IMG/VR virus record: IMGVR_UViG_3300033181_000166
Coordinates: 1-32,745 of that record
DNA from: a virus
Taxonomy: Duplodnaviria; Caudoviricetes
DNA: 32,745 nt
Reading direction: 5' to 3' (one strand)
Below are positions 7,594 to 16,908 of the stretch, one piece after another. The position numbers and the translations under genes were made by a program. The number at the start of each line of letters is the position of its first letter. Position 1 is the stretch's first letter. The notes below the pieces were generated by a model. The model worked only from the letters and a program-made list of their open reading frames with translations, made no database searches and was not told where the DNA came from.

Positions 7594-8008
7594 ACTTTAT
7601 CTGGTGTCTATGTTCAATCGAGGCAAATTCCCGAAGAGGCGGTCGAACGCACCACCGGCGCGGTGCCCCGGGTGCTGCTCGGCGGTCGGCATCCCCACCC
7701 CTCCCCACCCGGGGCCACGCTCGGGCCGCGGCCCCGGGCCTTCATCTACGAGCTGAGCTTGGACTGATCCCGCGGTTTGCCTCCCCCTCTTCCGCGCCGG
7801 TGGGGCGGCGGAGGGGCGCCGTGACGCCGGGCACTCGCGGCCTATCCCGGCGAGGCGTCGGCTCAAATCTAGCGCCGATATCGCATCATGTCAACGCCGC
7901 TCGTACAGATGCCCCGCGCATAGTTGGCCGGTAGTGTGCTAAGCGGGTCCCGGATTTCGCGATATGTCCGAAGGCGGACGATGGCGGACGATCGGGGGGC
8001 CGGGCGCG

Positions 8009-8332
8009 ATGACGATCGGCGGGCGGGTGATGCGGTTGAGGGTGGCGAAGGGCTGGGGCCCGGAGGAGCTGGCCAGGCGGGCCGACGTGTCGAGGACGAC
8101 GCTTCACGAACTGGAGACGCGGCCGGGGCGGAGGCCGAGGGCGGCAACAATCTACCTGCTGGCGCTGGCGCTGGGCACGACCGTGGCCAAGCTCCTCGGG
8201 CTCGACGACGTGCCCGGGTTTCCCGACCAGGCCGGGGCGCTGGGGCTGATGGAGTCGGAGGCCGGCCCCGTCCGCTGCCGACCGGCGCCGGACGAGGCCC
8301 CCCACCACGAACCTCGGCCATCCGACATGTAA
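8009..8332 (+). CDS. XRE/Cro-CI family HTH transcriptional regulator
   Basis: IGGRVMRLRVAKGWGPEELARRADVSRTTLHELET...TIYLLALALGTTVAKLLG. An alternative start is at 7964. Confidence 0.85.
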   Translation: MTIGGRVMRLRVAKGWGPEELARRADVSRTTLHELETRPGRRPRAATIYLLALALGTTVAKLLGLDDVPGFPDQAGALGLMESEAGPVRCRPAPDEAPHHEPRPSDM

Positions 8333-8408
8333 GGATTCGGCCAACGGGCATGCGTATCCGTTGGCATGGAAAACGCGCCGGGCCCTTTGATTCAAGGCAT
8401 TTCCCCAC

Positions 8409-9197
8409 GTGGCGACCGACACCGGATCCGCCCCTCTTAAAGTGATCGGATATGCGCGGGTCAGTACGGCCGAGCAGGCTCAGGACGGCGTCTCCCTGCC
8501 TGCCCAGTCCGCCAAGATCCACCAGTTCTGCGGGCTCCACGACCTCGAACTGGTGGGCCTGGTCGAGGATCGCGGGGCCTCGGCGAAGACGCTCGACCGC
8601 CCCGGCCTCCGCTCGGCCCTCGCGCGCCTGGACGCGGGCGAGGCGCGCGGCCTGGTCGTCGCCAAGCTCGACCGCCTCACCCGCTCCGTGGTCGACCTTG
8701 GCAAGCTGGTGGAAGTCTACTTCGGCGGCGACCGCCCCCGGGCCCAGCTCCTCTCCGTCGCCGACTCGATCGATACCCGGACGGCGACCGGCCGCCTGAT
8801 TCTCAATTTCATCGTGATGTTCGCCCAGTGGGAGCGGGAGACGATCGTCGAGCGGACCCTGGACGCGATGAGCCACAAACGGTCCCGGGGCGAGCGGCTC
8901 GGGGGCATCCCCTTCGGGTCGAAGCTCGACCCCGACGACCCTCGGCTCTCCAAGTCCAAGCGGCCCGTCGCCCTGGTCCCCTGCCCCAGGGACCTCGCCA
9001 CCCTGGTCCTGATCCGCCAGCTCCGGGGCGAGGGCCTGAGCCTTCAGGCGATCGCCGACGCCCTGAACGACCGGGGGATTCCCGGCAAGCGGGGCGTCAC
9101 CAGGCGGAGCACCGGCCGATGGTCGAAGTCCAGCGTCCACGAGATCCTGACCCGAGGCACGGAGCGAACCGGCGGGGAGCCCGGGACGCATGAATAA
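8409..9197 (+). CDS. Serine recombinase (resolvase catalytic domain plus short C-terminal recombinase/DNA-binding domain)
   Basis: IGYARVST (catalytic Ser), DRPGL, VVAKLDRLTRS, IDT.TATGRL, FAQWERETIVERT, G.SLQAIADALN.RGI. Confidence 0.93.
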   Translation: MATDTGSAPLKVIGYARVSTAEQAQDGVSLPAQSAKIHQFCGLHDLELVGLVEDRGASAKTLDRPGLRSALARLDAGEARGLVVAKLDRLTRSVVDLGKLVEVYFGGDRPRAQLLSVADSIDTRTATGRLILNFIVMFAQWERETIVERTLDAMSHKRSRGERLGGIPFGSKLDPDDPRLSKSKRPVALVPCPRDLATLVLIRQLRGEGLSLQAIADALNDRGIPGKRGVTRRSTGRWSKSSVHEILTRGTERTGGEPGTHE

Positions 9198-9286
9198 GTT
9201 GGAAGACGTCCCGGTTTCCCGACGGCCCGGGGATTTTCAAGGTCCGCCTTTGTCCGCTTTTGTCTGTCGCCCTTTGGAGCCCGACT

Positions 9287-9736
9287 ATGCCAAACACGAC
9301 TATGCCAAACACGATCACGCCCGAGATCGCCGCCCGGGCCGACGTGCTCAAGGCCGAGGCCGCGGCCGCCCTGGAGCAGGCCGTGTCCCTCGCCGAAGCG
9401 ATCCTGATCCTCGCGCCGACGAGGGACGCGGCCCGTCACGAGGCCACCACGAAGACGAGGGACGCGGCCTCGATCCTGGGAATCGTTCGCGAACGCAACG
9501 GCTACCTTGACCCCCCCGGCCCGGAGCGAGCATGCCGCGACCTAAATCCCGTCCCGCCGACGCCGAGCCCCCGCTCATCACCGAGCTGCGATCGGCGATC
9601 GCCGATTCGGGCCAGACCCTCTACGGCCTGGCCCGGGACGCGGGGGTCGGCGAGCCGGGCCTCCGGCGGTTCGTGTCCCGCGAGCGGTCGCTCTCGCTCG
9701 GCTCGGCCGCCCTGCTCTGCCAGGCCCTGGGCCTAA
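9287..9736 (+). CDS. Hypothetical helical protein; begins with a 15-bp tandem duplication (MPNTT-MPNTI); 3' end overlaps the next gene
   Basis: GGAG RBS; CGACTATGCCAAACA x2 at 9282-9311. Only the first ~75 aa look protein-like. Confidence 0.45.
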   Translation: MPNTTMPNTITPEIAARADVLKAEAAAALEQAVSLAEAILILAPTRDAARHEATTKTRDAASILGIVRERNGYLDPPGPERACRDLNPVPPTPSPRSSPSCDRRSPIRARPSTAWPGTRGSASRASGGSCPASGRSRSARPPCSARPWA

Positions 9737-9804
9737 AGTTAATCAGATCCTCGAAGCTCCGGGCCAAGGCCGCCGCCGTGAGCGCGAAAAAGCCGGCCGG
9801 GTAG
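9532..9804 (+). CDS. XRE-like HTH protein
   Basis: ELRSAIADSGQTLYGLARDAGVGEPGLRRFVSRERSLSLGSAALLCQALGL; GGAG RBS. Confidence 0.8.
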   Translation: MPRPKSRPADAEPPLITELRSAIADSGQTLYGLARDAGVGEPGLRRFVSRERSLSLGSAALLCQALGLKLIRSSKLRAKAAAVSAKKPAG

Positions 9805-10111
9805 GCCACCCGGCCGGCTCGGTGACTAGTCGCGGACGATCGTGCTGGGCGGCGACGAGCCCTCGAATCGCCGTCGATTCCGATCGCGGAGAACCTTGAA
9901 CGCAGGGCAGCGTCGGCCGGGTCCGCCAGGGTCAGTCTAGGATGATCCTCCCGCCCATGCAACCTTGCCAGGGCCGGAAGTGACCGGCCCGGATCCCCCG
10001 AGTCTTTTGTCCGGGACGGGTTTGCGGCGGGGCGGTGCGCGGGAAACCGATCGGGGGCGGCGCTCAGGGGGAGTGACCTCCCCGACCGCACGGCCCCGCG
10101 CAGGTATCCCT

Positions 10112-10828
10112 ATGCTCAGGCGTTTCTCGATCGCCGCCGCCTTTGGCACGGTCAAGGGTTTCTTGAACCCATCGGAACTGTTGAAGGCCGCGCTCTCGGG
10201 CCTGGGGGCGTCCACCCTGACGGGCCTGGCGATCGCGGTCCTCTCGTCCCTCTCGGCCCATGCCGCCGCGATCCTGCCGAATCCCCTGGTCGCCAGTCTC
10301 GCCGCGTTCATTCTCGGCCAGGCGGTGGACCAGCTCCGCCGGCTTGGCCACGGGGTCACCCCGGCCACGATCATCGTCGCGAGGCCCGAGCCGCCCGCCT
10401 CTGGCGGGTCGGCCGGTCCCGTGCCGTTCTACCGGACCCTCGGACCGGCCCTGGCCACCTTCGCGGCGCTCATCCCGTTCGCGTTCGCGGCGCTGCTCTT
10501 GCTCTGCTCCGGGTTGGCCCGGGCCGACGAGCCCGGCTTCGCCCACTGGTTGAACGGCCAGCGGGCCGTCCGGGGACTCCGGCCGGTCGGGATCGATCCA
10601 ACACTCACCGCCGCCGCCGCCGCCAACAACGCGGCTCAGCGGTCGGCCGGGCTGGGGCATCATGTGATGGGCCATGCTCGCCGCCAGAACGCCGGGGCCG
10701 GCCCCGAGCCGGCGGTCTGGGGCGCGTGGGCCTCCAGCCCGGCGCACGCTTCGGCCCTCTTTGATCCGACTGTCACCGCGATCGGCTACGCCTTCGACGG
10801 CCGGTACACGACCTTCAGCGGTCGCTGA
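10112..10828 (+). CDS. Membrane (holin-like) protein fused to a C-terminal CAP/SCP domain
   Basis: Hydrophobic helices in the N-terminal half, and an internal h-region ending LARA|DEP. CAP motifs follow: WLNGQRAVRGLRPVGIDPTLTAAA, GHH, QNAG, WASSPAHASALFDPTVTAIG. Confidence 0.75.
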   Translation: MLRRFSIAAAFGTVKGFLNPSELLKAALSGLGASTLTGLAIAVLSSLSAHAAAILPNPLVASLAAFILGQAVDQLRRLGHGVTPATIIVARPEPPASGGSAGPVPFYRTLGPALATFAALIPFAFAALLLLCSGLARADEPGFAHWLNGQRAVRGLRPVGIDPTLTAAAAANNAAQRSAGLGHHVMGHARRQNAGAGPEPAVWGAWASSPAHASALFDPTVTAIGYAFDGRYTTFSGR

Positions 10829-10899
10829 TCGCAACATCCCTTGTGCCTCGCCCTTGTGCCCGGGGCGACGATGTTCCACCCCCGACCGATGGTGAACTC

Positions 10900-11621
<722 letters not shown>

Positions 11622-11625
<4 letters not shown>

Positions 11626-11888
11626 ACGCCCCCTTCCTGGTCCCGCCAGAGGTGGACGACCCCGGCGCGGCCCTCCGCCTGAGCTGGCTCCGCCACCGGC
11701 TGGCCAGCTGGGACGGGATGACGATCGGCCAGCGAGAGAAGCTGATCCGCGACTTCGGCCTGGCCGCCGCTTCCGCCTCCGGCCTCTCGGTGCGCCGGTT
11801 GGCCGAGGGCCTCGGGCTGACCCATTCCCGCGTGGCCGTGATCGTGGCCGGGATCCGGGCCGAAGCCGGCCCGCCGGAAAGCGAGTGA
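11622..11888 (+). CDS. Small HTH-like protein
   Basis: GLSVRRLAEGLGLTHSRVAVIV; ATGA coupling to the upstream gene. Confidence 0.6.
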
Positions 11889-11894
11889 GAACCC

Positions 11895-12494
11895 ATGACC
11901 ACCGACCCGATCGCCGAAGCCCTGGGGATCCCGACCCTCGACCTCGCCTGGCAAGCGACCACACTCGCGGTCCCGGTGACCAAGTGGGGCTCGATCGCCC
12001 GCTCGGCCCCGATGCCCGGCACGTACCACTTTTACACGCATGACTACAAGTTCTCGGCCCTCCTGAAGCATCCCTTCAAGCTCGTCGACTCCGGCTGCCG
12101 GGTCGCGGTCGAGCCCAACATCAGCACGTGGCCGGGCAAGGCAGTGGCCGAGGTCCTGGCCGAGGTCTGCCGCAAGCGGACCCTGGCCCGGCTCTGGCAG
12201 CGGTCCGGGGTCCGCCTGCTGGTCGACCTGAATGTCGAGCCCGAATTCCGCGAGGTCAACCTCCTGGGCGTTCCGCCCGGCTGGGCCTCGTACGCGGTCC
12301 GCTGCCACCGGGGCGTCGACTGGTCGACGATCGAGACCGACCACGCCGCCGCCGTCGCTCGGGCCGGCGGGCCGGTATTCCTGGCCGTCTTCGGCGGGGG
12401 GAAGGCGGCCCGGGCCCGCTGCGAGGCGGCCGGCTGGGTCCACGTCCCCGAGCATCGGCACGTCGTCGAGGGCCGGGAGGCCGCCCATGGGTAG
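11895..12494 (+). CDS. DUF4417-like protein
   Basis: YHFYTHDYKFSALLKHP...EPNIS...R.R.LARLWQRSGVRLLVDLN...GVP motifs. Its position before the terminase is typical of this family. Confidence 0.7.
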   Translation: MTTDPIAEALGIPTLDLAWQATTLAVPVTKWGSIARSAPMPGTYHFYTHDYKFSALLKHPFKLVDSGCRVAVEPNISTWPGKAVAEVLAEVCRKRTLARLWQRSGVRLLVDLNVEPEFREVNLLGVPPGWASYAVRCHRGVDWSTIETDHAAAVARAGGPVFLAVFGGGKAARARCEAAGWVHVPEHRHVVEGREAAHG

Positions 12495-13014
12495 AGGCGG
12501 CGGCGGCGGCGGTGGGGGTAAGGGTGGCGGCAAGAAAGCCGGCGCGGGTCAGGCAGGCCACACGATCCATCCCGACGAGGTCGAGGCGTTCACCAAGGGC
12601 TCGGTGATCGGGGGGCTGGTGATCCACCGGACCTATCAGCCGGCCGCGGACGACCTGATGAAAAACGGGATCGACCTGAACAAGGCTCGCGGCGTCTACG
12701 GCGAGGGGCTCTACACCTCGACGGGGCACGAGAAAGCCTACGGCCCCGTGGCGGTCCACCTGGCCCTGAATGTACGAAACCCGCTGGTCGGCAGCTCCGA
12801 CCAGCTCCACGCCAAGTTCCGCGAGTGGGGCGGGGGCAAGAACGGCTTCGACCCGGTGCAATTCAGCGCGATGGCCCGGGCCCGGGGCCACGACGCGATC
12901 GTGACGGGGTGGCACGGCCTCGACCCCCATTCGCCGGCCAGCGGCGGGACGAAGTGGGTCGTGGTCACGAACCCCTCGGCCGCCCGTGTCGTCATCCCCC
13001 GTCGGTCCAAGTAG
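12487..13014 (+). CDS. ADP-ribosyltransferase-like protein (ART-PolyVal-like) with a Gly/Lys-rich N-terminus
   Basis: IHRT ... YGEGLYTS ... AYG ... LNVRNPL ... GHDAI ... WVVVTNP pattern. Starts MGRGGGGGGGGKGGGKK with a GGGAGG RBS. Confidence 0.6.
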   Translation: MGRGGGGGGGGKGGGKKAGAGQAGHTIHPDEVEAFTKGSVIGGLVIHRTYQPAADDLMKNGIDLNKARGVYGEGLYTSTGHEKAYGPVAVHLALNVRNPLVGSSDQLHAKFREWGGGKNGFDPVQFSAMARARGHDAIVTGWHGLDPHSPASGGTKWVVVTNPSAARVVIPRRSK

Positions 13015-13052
13015 CCTCACCCGAGAGTCGTCCCACCCGAGCGAACCCAACC

Positions 13053-13592
13053 ATGGCCGGCAATCACGGCGGCGCCCGCCCCGGATCTGGCCGGCGACCG
13101 AACTCGGAGAAGCATCAGGAGGCGATCGCCGGATTCACCGAGCTGGCCGCGGAGTACTTGCTCCAGGCGTTCGCGAACCTGGTGAAGCTGGCCGAGGGCT
13201 CCACCCGGACGCAGACGAAAAAGATGGCGGCCGGCGCGATCATGCGTAAAGACGTCGTTCGCGAGGCGGACGGCACGCCCTGGCTCGACGGCAAGGGCAA
13301 GCCCGCCGCGTGCGAGGCCCTGGCCCATCCCGACCTGCCCCCGGACCAGCTCGTCATCGTCGAGGAGATCACGGTCGCCCTGCCCGAGGATTACAAGGCG
13401 AACGAGCTGATCGTCAACCGGGCCATGGGAACCCCAGCGCCCGAGGCCCTGCCCGAGGCCGACATCCTCGACGTCCGGGAGGCCCTGCAAAGCGCCCTGG
13501 CGACGCTCGCCGCCAGGAGGACCGCGCGGGCAGCCCAGGCCGCCGAAGCGGGCGAAGCGGGCGAAGCGGGCGAAGCGGGGGGGCCGGCGTGA
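13053..13592 (+). CDS. terS: Putative terminase small subunit
   Basis: N-terminal GGARPGSGRRP motif; immediately upstream of TerL and overlapping it (GTGA). Confidence 0.6.
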   Translation: MAGNHGGARPGSGRRPNSEKHQEAIAGFTELAAEYLLQAFANLVKLAEGSTRTQTKKMAAGAIMRKDVVREADGTPWLDGKGKPAACEALAHPDLPPDQLVIVEEITVALPEDYKANELIVNRAMGTPAPEALPEADILDVREALQSALATLAARRTARAAQAAEAGEAGEAGEAGGPA

Positions 13593-15028
13593 CGGGCTTA
13601 TCCTCGGAGATGGCGGCCGTCCTGGCGGAAGTCCTGGACGACCCCAATCCGCTCGACGCCTTCAATGACGCGATCCTGGACCGGGTCGACCGCCGGGTGA
13701 CCCTCCACGACGGGAGCCATCCGGGCGAATACTGGGCCAAGCAAAAGGAGATCGCCGCGGCCCTCTGGGATCCCACGGTGGACACGATCGTCGTGCCCGC
13801 CGGCCATAGCGTGGGCAAGAGCTTCTTCGGCGCGGGGGCCCTGCTCGGCTGGCCGACCCTGCAACCCGACGGCCTGGTGGTCTCGACCAGCCCCAGCAAC
13901 ACGCAGCTCAGCGGCGTGTTGTGGAAGGAGGTGGGCAAGGCCCGGGCCCATTCCGGGGTCGTCCGCTCGATCAGCCGGCTCACGAAGGTCCCCAACAAGT
14001 TCGACCTGGGGCCCGGCTGGGGGGCCATCGGCTATGCCACGAACAAGGCCGAGCGGTTGCAGGGCTGGCACTCCATTGGCCCGCTGCTGGTGCTGGTGGA
14101 CGAGGCTTCGGGCATCGATAATATCGATATATGGACAACGCTCGAATCGTTAAAGCCCTGGAAGAAGCTGCTGCTCGGTAACCCCCTCTGGGCTCACGGG
14201 GAATTTTATAGCTACTGCCGGCGGGCCGACGAGGGTGATCCCACCGTCCGGAAGATCCAGATCCCCTCGACGCTCTCCCCGGATATCCGCCAGGAGCGGA
14301 GCTTGCGGGGGCTGGCCGACCGGAAGTTCCTGGAGAACATGGCGGCCCAGTACGGGGTCGGGTCCCAAACATGGAAAGTTCGGGTCGAGGCGGAGTTCCC
14401 CGACGACTCCGCCGACGCCCTGATCCCCTCGGCCTGGCTCGACCGCTGCGAGTCAGCCCGGCACGTCCCCGCCGGCCATCGCCGGATCGCCATCGACCTG
14501 GGCCTCGGCAACGGGGGGGACCCCTCGGTGATCCTGGTCCGCGACGACAACGGTGTGTTGTATTTCGAGCAATCCGACCGATGGGCCTTCGAGGAGACGG
14601 CCCGGCGGGCGAGGCTTGCCTCCGACAAGTTCGCCGTGGCCTCCCACCGGATCACCTGGGACGTGGAGGGCCTGGGGGCCGGCTTCGCCAACTTCCTCCG
14701 GGACGCCGGGCTGGTGGGCTGCGTGCCCTACCGGGGCCAGATCCTCAGCAAGGACCCGAGCTTCGCGAACCTCCGGGCCGCCTGCCACGTCCTGCTCCGC
14801 CGCCGGCTCGACCCGGCCTGGAAGGTCGCCGGGCGGGATCAAACCCCCTTCCAGATCCCCCGGGAGTTCATGGTCCGGCTCCGCAAGGAGCTCCGCGAGC
14901 TGACCCACACCCCGGGCCTGAAGGGCCAGATCGTCCTCCGGACCAAGGAGGCCGTCCAGCTCGCCCTCCGGCACTCGCCCGACTTCACCGACACCCTGGC
15001 CCAATCCTTCGCCTTCCCGCACTCCTGA
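13589..15028 (+). CDS. terL: Terminase large subunit
   Basis: Walker A AGHSVGKS, Walker B LVLVDEASG, coupling motif LLGNP, nuclease motifs IAIDLG..GGD and SPDFTD. Confidence 0.93.
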   Translation: MTGLSSEMAAVLAEVLDDPNPLDAFNDAILDRVDRRVTLHDGSHPGEYWAKQKEIAAALWDPTVDTIVVPAGHSVGKSFFGAGALLGWPTLQPDGLVVSTSPSNTQLSGVLWKEVGKARAHSGVVRSISRLTKVPNKFDLGPGWGAIGYATNKAERLQGWHSIGPLLVLVDEASGIDNIDIWTTLESLKPWKKLLLGNPLWAHGEFYSYCRRADEGDPTVRKIQIPSTLSPDIRQERSLRGLADRKFLENMAAQYGVGSQTWKVRVEAEFPDDSADALIPSAWLDRCESARHVPAGHRRIAIDLGLGNGGDPSVILVRDDNGVLYFEQSDRWAFEETARRARLASDKFAVASHRITWDVEGLGAGFANFLRDAGLVGCVPYRGQILSKDPSFANLRAACHVLLRRRLDPAWKVAGRDQTPFQIPREFMVRLRKELRELTHTPGLKGQIVLRTKEAVQLALRHSPDFTDTLAQSFAFPHS

Positions 15029-15043
15029 CGTGACGAGGACACC

Positions 15044-16501
15044 GTGATCCGAGCCGTGGACATCCAGGACGAGATCCTCGCCGGCCTGCCCAACGAGCGG
15101 GAGCGGCTGGAAGACGCCCGGGTCGGGGCCGACTTCTACCGGGGCCGTTTCGACGCCTACTCGACCCGCCCCCGGTCGGGCCTCTGGCAGGGCCCGCGGT
15201 TCGCCCGCGAATCCCGGATCATGACCTGGCTCGTCGACACCCTGGGCTCGCACCTCTACGCCGAGGGGCCGAGCCGGACCTTACCCGACCATCCCGAGGC
15301 CAGCCAATGGCTGGCCTCGGTCTACAAGGCCGGGGCGGTCGACGCCCTGCTCCAGGCGGCGGACAAGTGGAGCACGGTGGGCGAGGTCGCGGCGATCCAG
15401 GTCCTCCCCACCGAGGACCCCGACCGGCCGATTCGCCACGTCCTCTGGCCGGCCCATCAGCTCGCGGTCTGGGAGTCCGAGGACGACCCCTTGAGCCCGG
15501 TGGCCGTCGCCGTCATCGATCGGTTCGACAGCCGCCGCCGGCTCCGGCTCTGGACCGCCGAGGGGCTCTGGACCTATGCGACGGACAAGGTCGCCCCCAA
15601 CCAGACCACCGGGGGGACCGCCTACCGCATGGTCGCGGACCCGGAAGTGAATCCGTTCGGAATCATCCCTTTTGCCTTCGTCCACTTCAATTACCCGGCG
15701 ACGGAGTTCTGGTCGGGCGGGCCCGGAGAGCAGTTCCGGGGCTTGAATGATTACATCAACAACGCTTTGACCGAAGTGGGCGACGCGCTCCGCTACTGTG
15801 CCAAGCCGGTCATCAAAACGTATGGCGTCCGGGAGGGCTGGAGTCCGCCCACCCCGATCCAGCCAGGGGACATCTGGAACGTTCCCCCGGAGGGGATCGA
15901 CGCCTCGGGCAACGGGATCCCACCTCAGGTGGAGCCGCTCCAGTTCGACCTGGGATTCGTGGATGCCTACTGGACTGATATCCAGTCATATTTAGATCAC
16001 TCGATGGAATGCGCCCAGGTCCCGCCCACGGCGTTCCGGATGATCCAGGGGACCGCCCCCTCCGGGGCCTCGATCGTGGCCGAGCAGCTCCCGCTCACCA
16101 ACCGGGCCAAGGGCCGCCAGCGGCCCTTCGGCTTCTACGAACAGGACCTGGCCCGGGTCACGCTCCGGGTCGGGGCGGCGCACCTGAGCGCGAACGGGAT
16201 CGCCACGGCCGGCCGGCTCGCCGAGGCCGCCGACCACCCGGACCTGACGCTCCGCTGGCCGCGGATCGGCGGCCGGGTCCCCGACCCGACCCGGGACGCG
16301 GAGGACCAGTGGAGGCTCACGAACCGCCTGGCCAGCCGGACCCTGATCGTGATGGAACGGAATAGCTTCACCCGGGAGGAGGCCGAAGCCTACCTCGACC
16401 AGGTGGAGCTCGACCTCCAGCGTGAGGCGGCCCGGGCCCCGGAGCCCGCGACCGTCCCAACCTCGAATCCCTCCGACACCCCGATCCCCACCCCAGAGTG
16501 A
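15044..16501 (+). CDS. Portal protein (SPP1 gp6-like)
   Basis: 485 aa directly after TerL; contains FYRG, NPFGIIPFAFV and SGASI motifs. Confidence 0.85.
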   Translation: MIRAVDIQDEILAGLPNERERLEDARVGADFYRGRFDAYSTRPRSGLWQGPRFARESRIMTWLVDTLGSHLYAEGPSRTLPDHPEASQWLASVYKAGAVDALLQAADKWSTVGEVAAIQVLPTEDPDRPIRHVLWPAHQLAVWESEDDPLSPVAVAVIDRFDSRRRLRLWTAEGLWTYATDKVAPNQTTGGTAYRMVADPEVNPFGIIPFAFVHFNYPATEFWSGGPGEQFRGLNDYINNALTEVGDALRYCAKPVIKTYGVREGWSPPTPIQPGDIWNVPPEGIDASGNGIPPQVEPLQFDLGFVDAYWTDIQSYLDHSMECAQVPPTAFRMIQGTAPSGASIVAEQLPLTNRAKGRQRPFGFYEQDLARVTLRVGAAHLSANGIATAGRLAEAADHPDLTLRWPRIGGRVPDPTRDAEDQWRLTNRLASRTLIVMERNSFTREEAEAYLDQVELDLQREAARAPEPATVPTSNPSDTPIPTPE

Positions 16502-16507
16502 CCCCCG

Positions 16508-16876
16508 ATGGCCCGAGACAATCGAGACGACCGACCACGGACCAACCCGGCCGCGACCGGCCCCACCGCCGACGAGCTGCCCCGGACCGCCCCCCGCCTC
16601 GACGCCCCCCGCGTCCCGCTGGCCGACCTTCCGCCAGAGGCCAGTTCCTCGGCCGCCCCGGCGACCTCGGTGGACGTGATCCCCCAGGCCACCCCGGCCT
16701 CGGGTCCGGACCCGGCCCTCGCCGTGGCTCCAGGCTCAACTTCGGCCGAGCGTGAGCAGCTCGCGCGGGAGCTGGTCGAGGAGCGCCGGAAAGCCGACTC
16801 CGGCGACCCCGCCGCCAACCATGACCGGCTCCACGATCTGCACTACCTGGTCCGGGGCGAAGAACCCCCCCGGTAA
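16508..16876 (+). CDS. Hypothetical low-complexity head-region protein
   Basis: Fills the portal-scaffold gap on the operon strand. Confidence 0.5.
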   Translation: MARDNRDDRPRTNPAATGPTADELPRTAPRLDAPRVPLADLPPEASSSAAPATSVDVIPQATPASGPDPALAVAPGSTSAEREQLARELVEERRKADSGDPAANHDRLHDLHYLVRGEEPPR

Positions 16877-16908
16877 TCCCCACCCCCACCGAAGCGAGGC
16901 GAGCCGAA

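Larger units (their letters stand above)
7169..7620 (+). repeat. 19-bp direct repeat TGGTGTCTATGTTCAATCG at 7169-7187 and 7602-7620
   Basis: Two exact copies flank a lower-GC segment containing two small ORFs. Confidence 0.85.

Noticed and set aside
13545-13580. GAAGCGGGC x3-4 microrepeat at the terS 3' end
   Set aside because: A short low-complexity coding repeat (EAG) with no sign of function.
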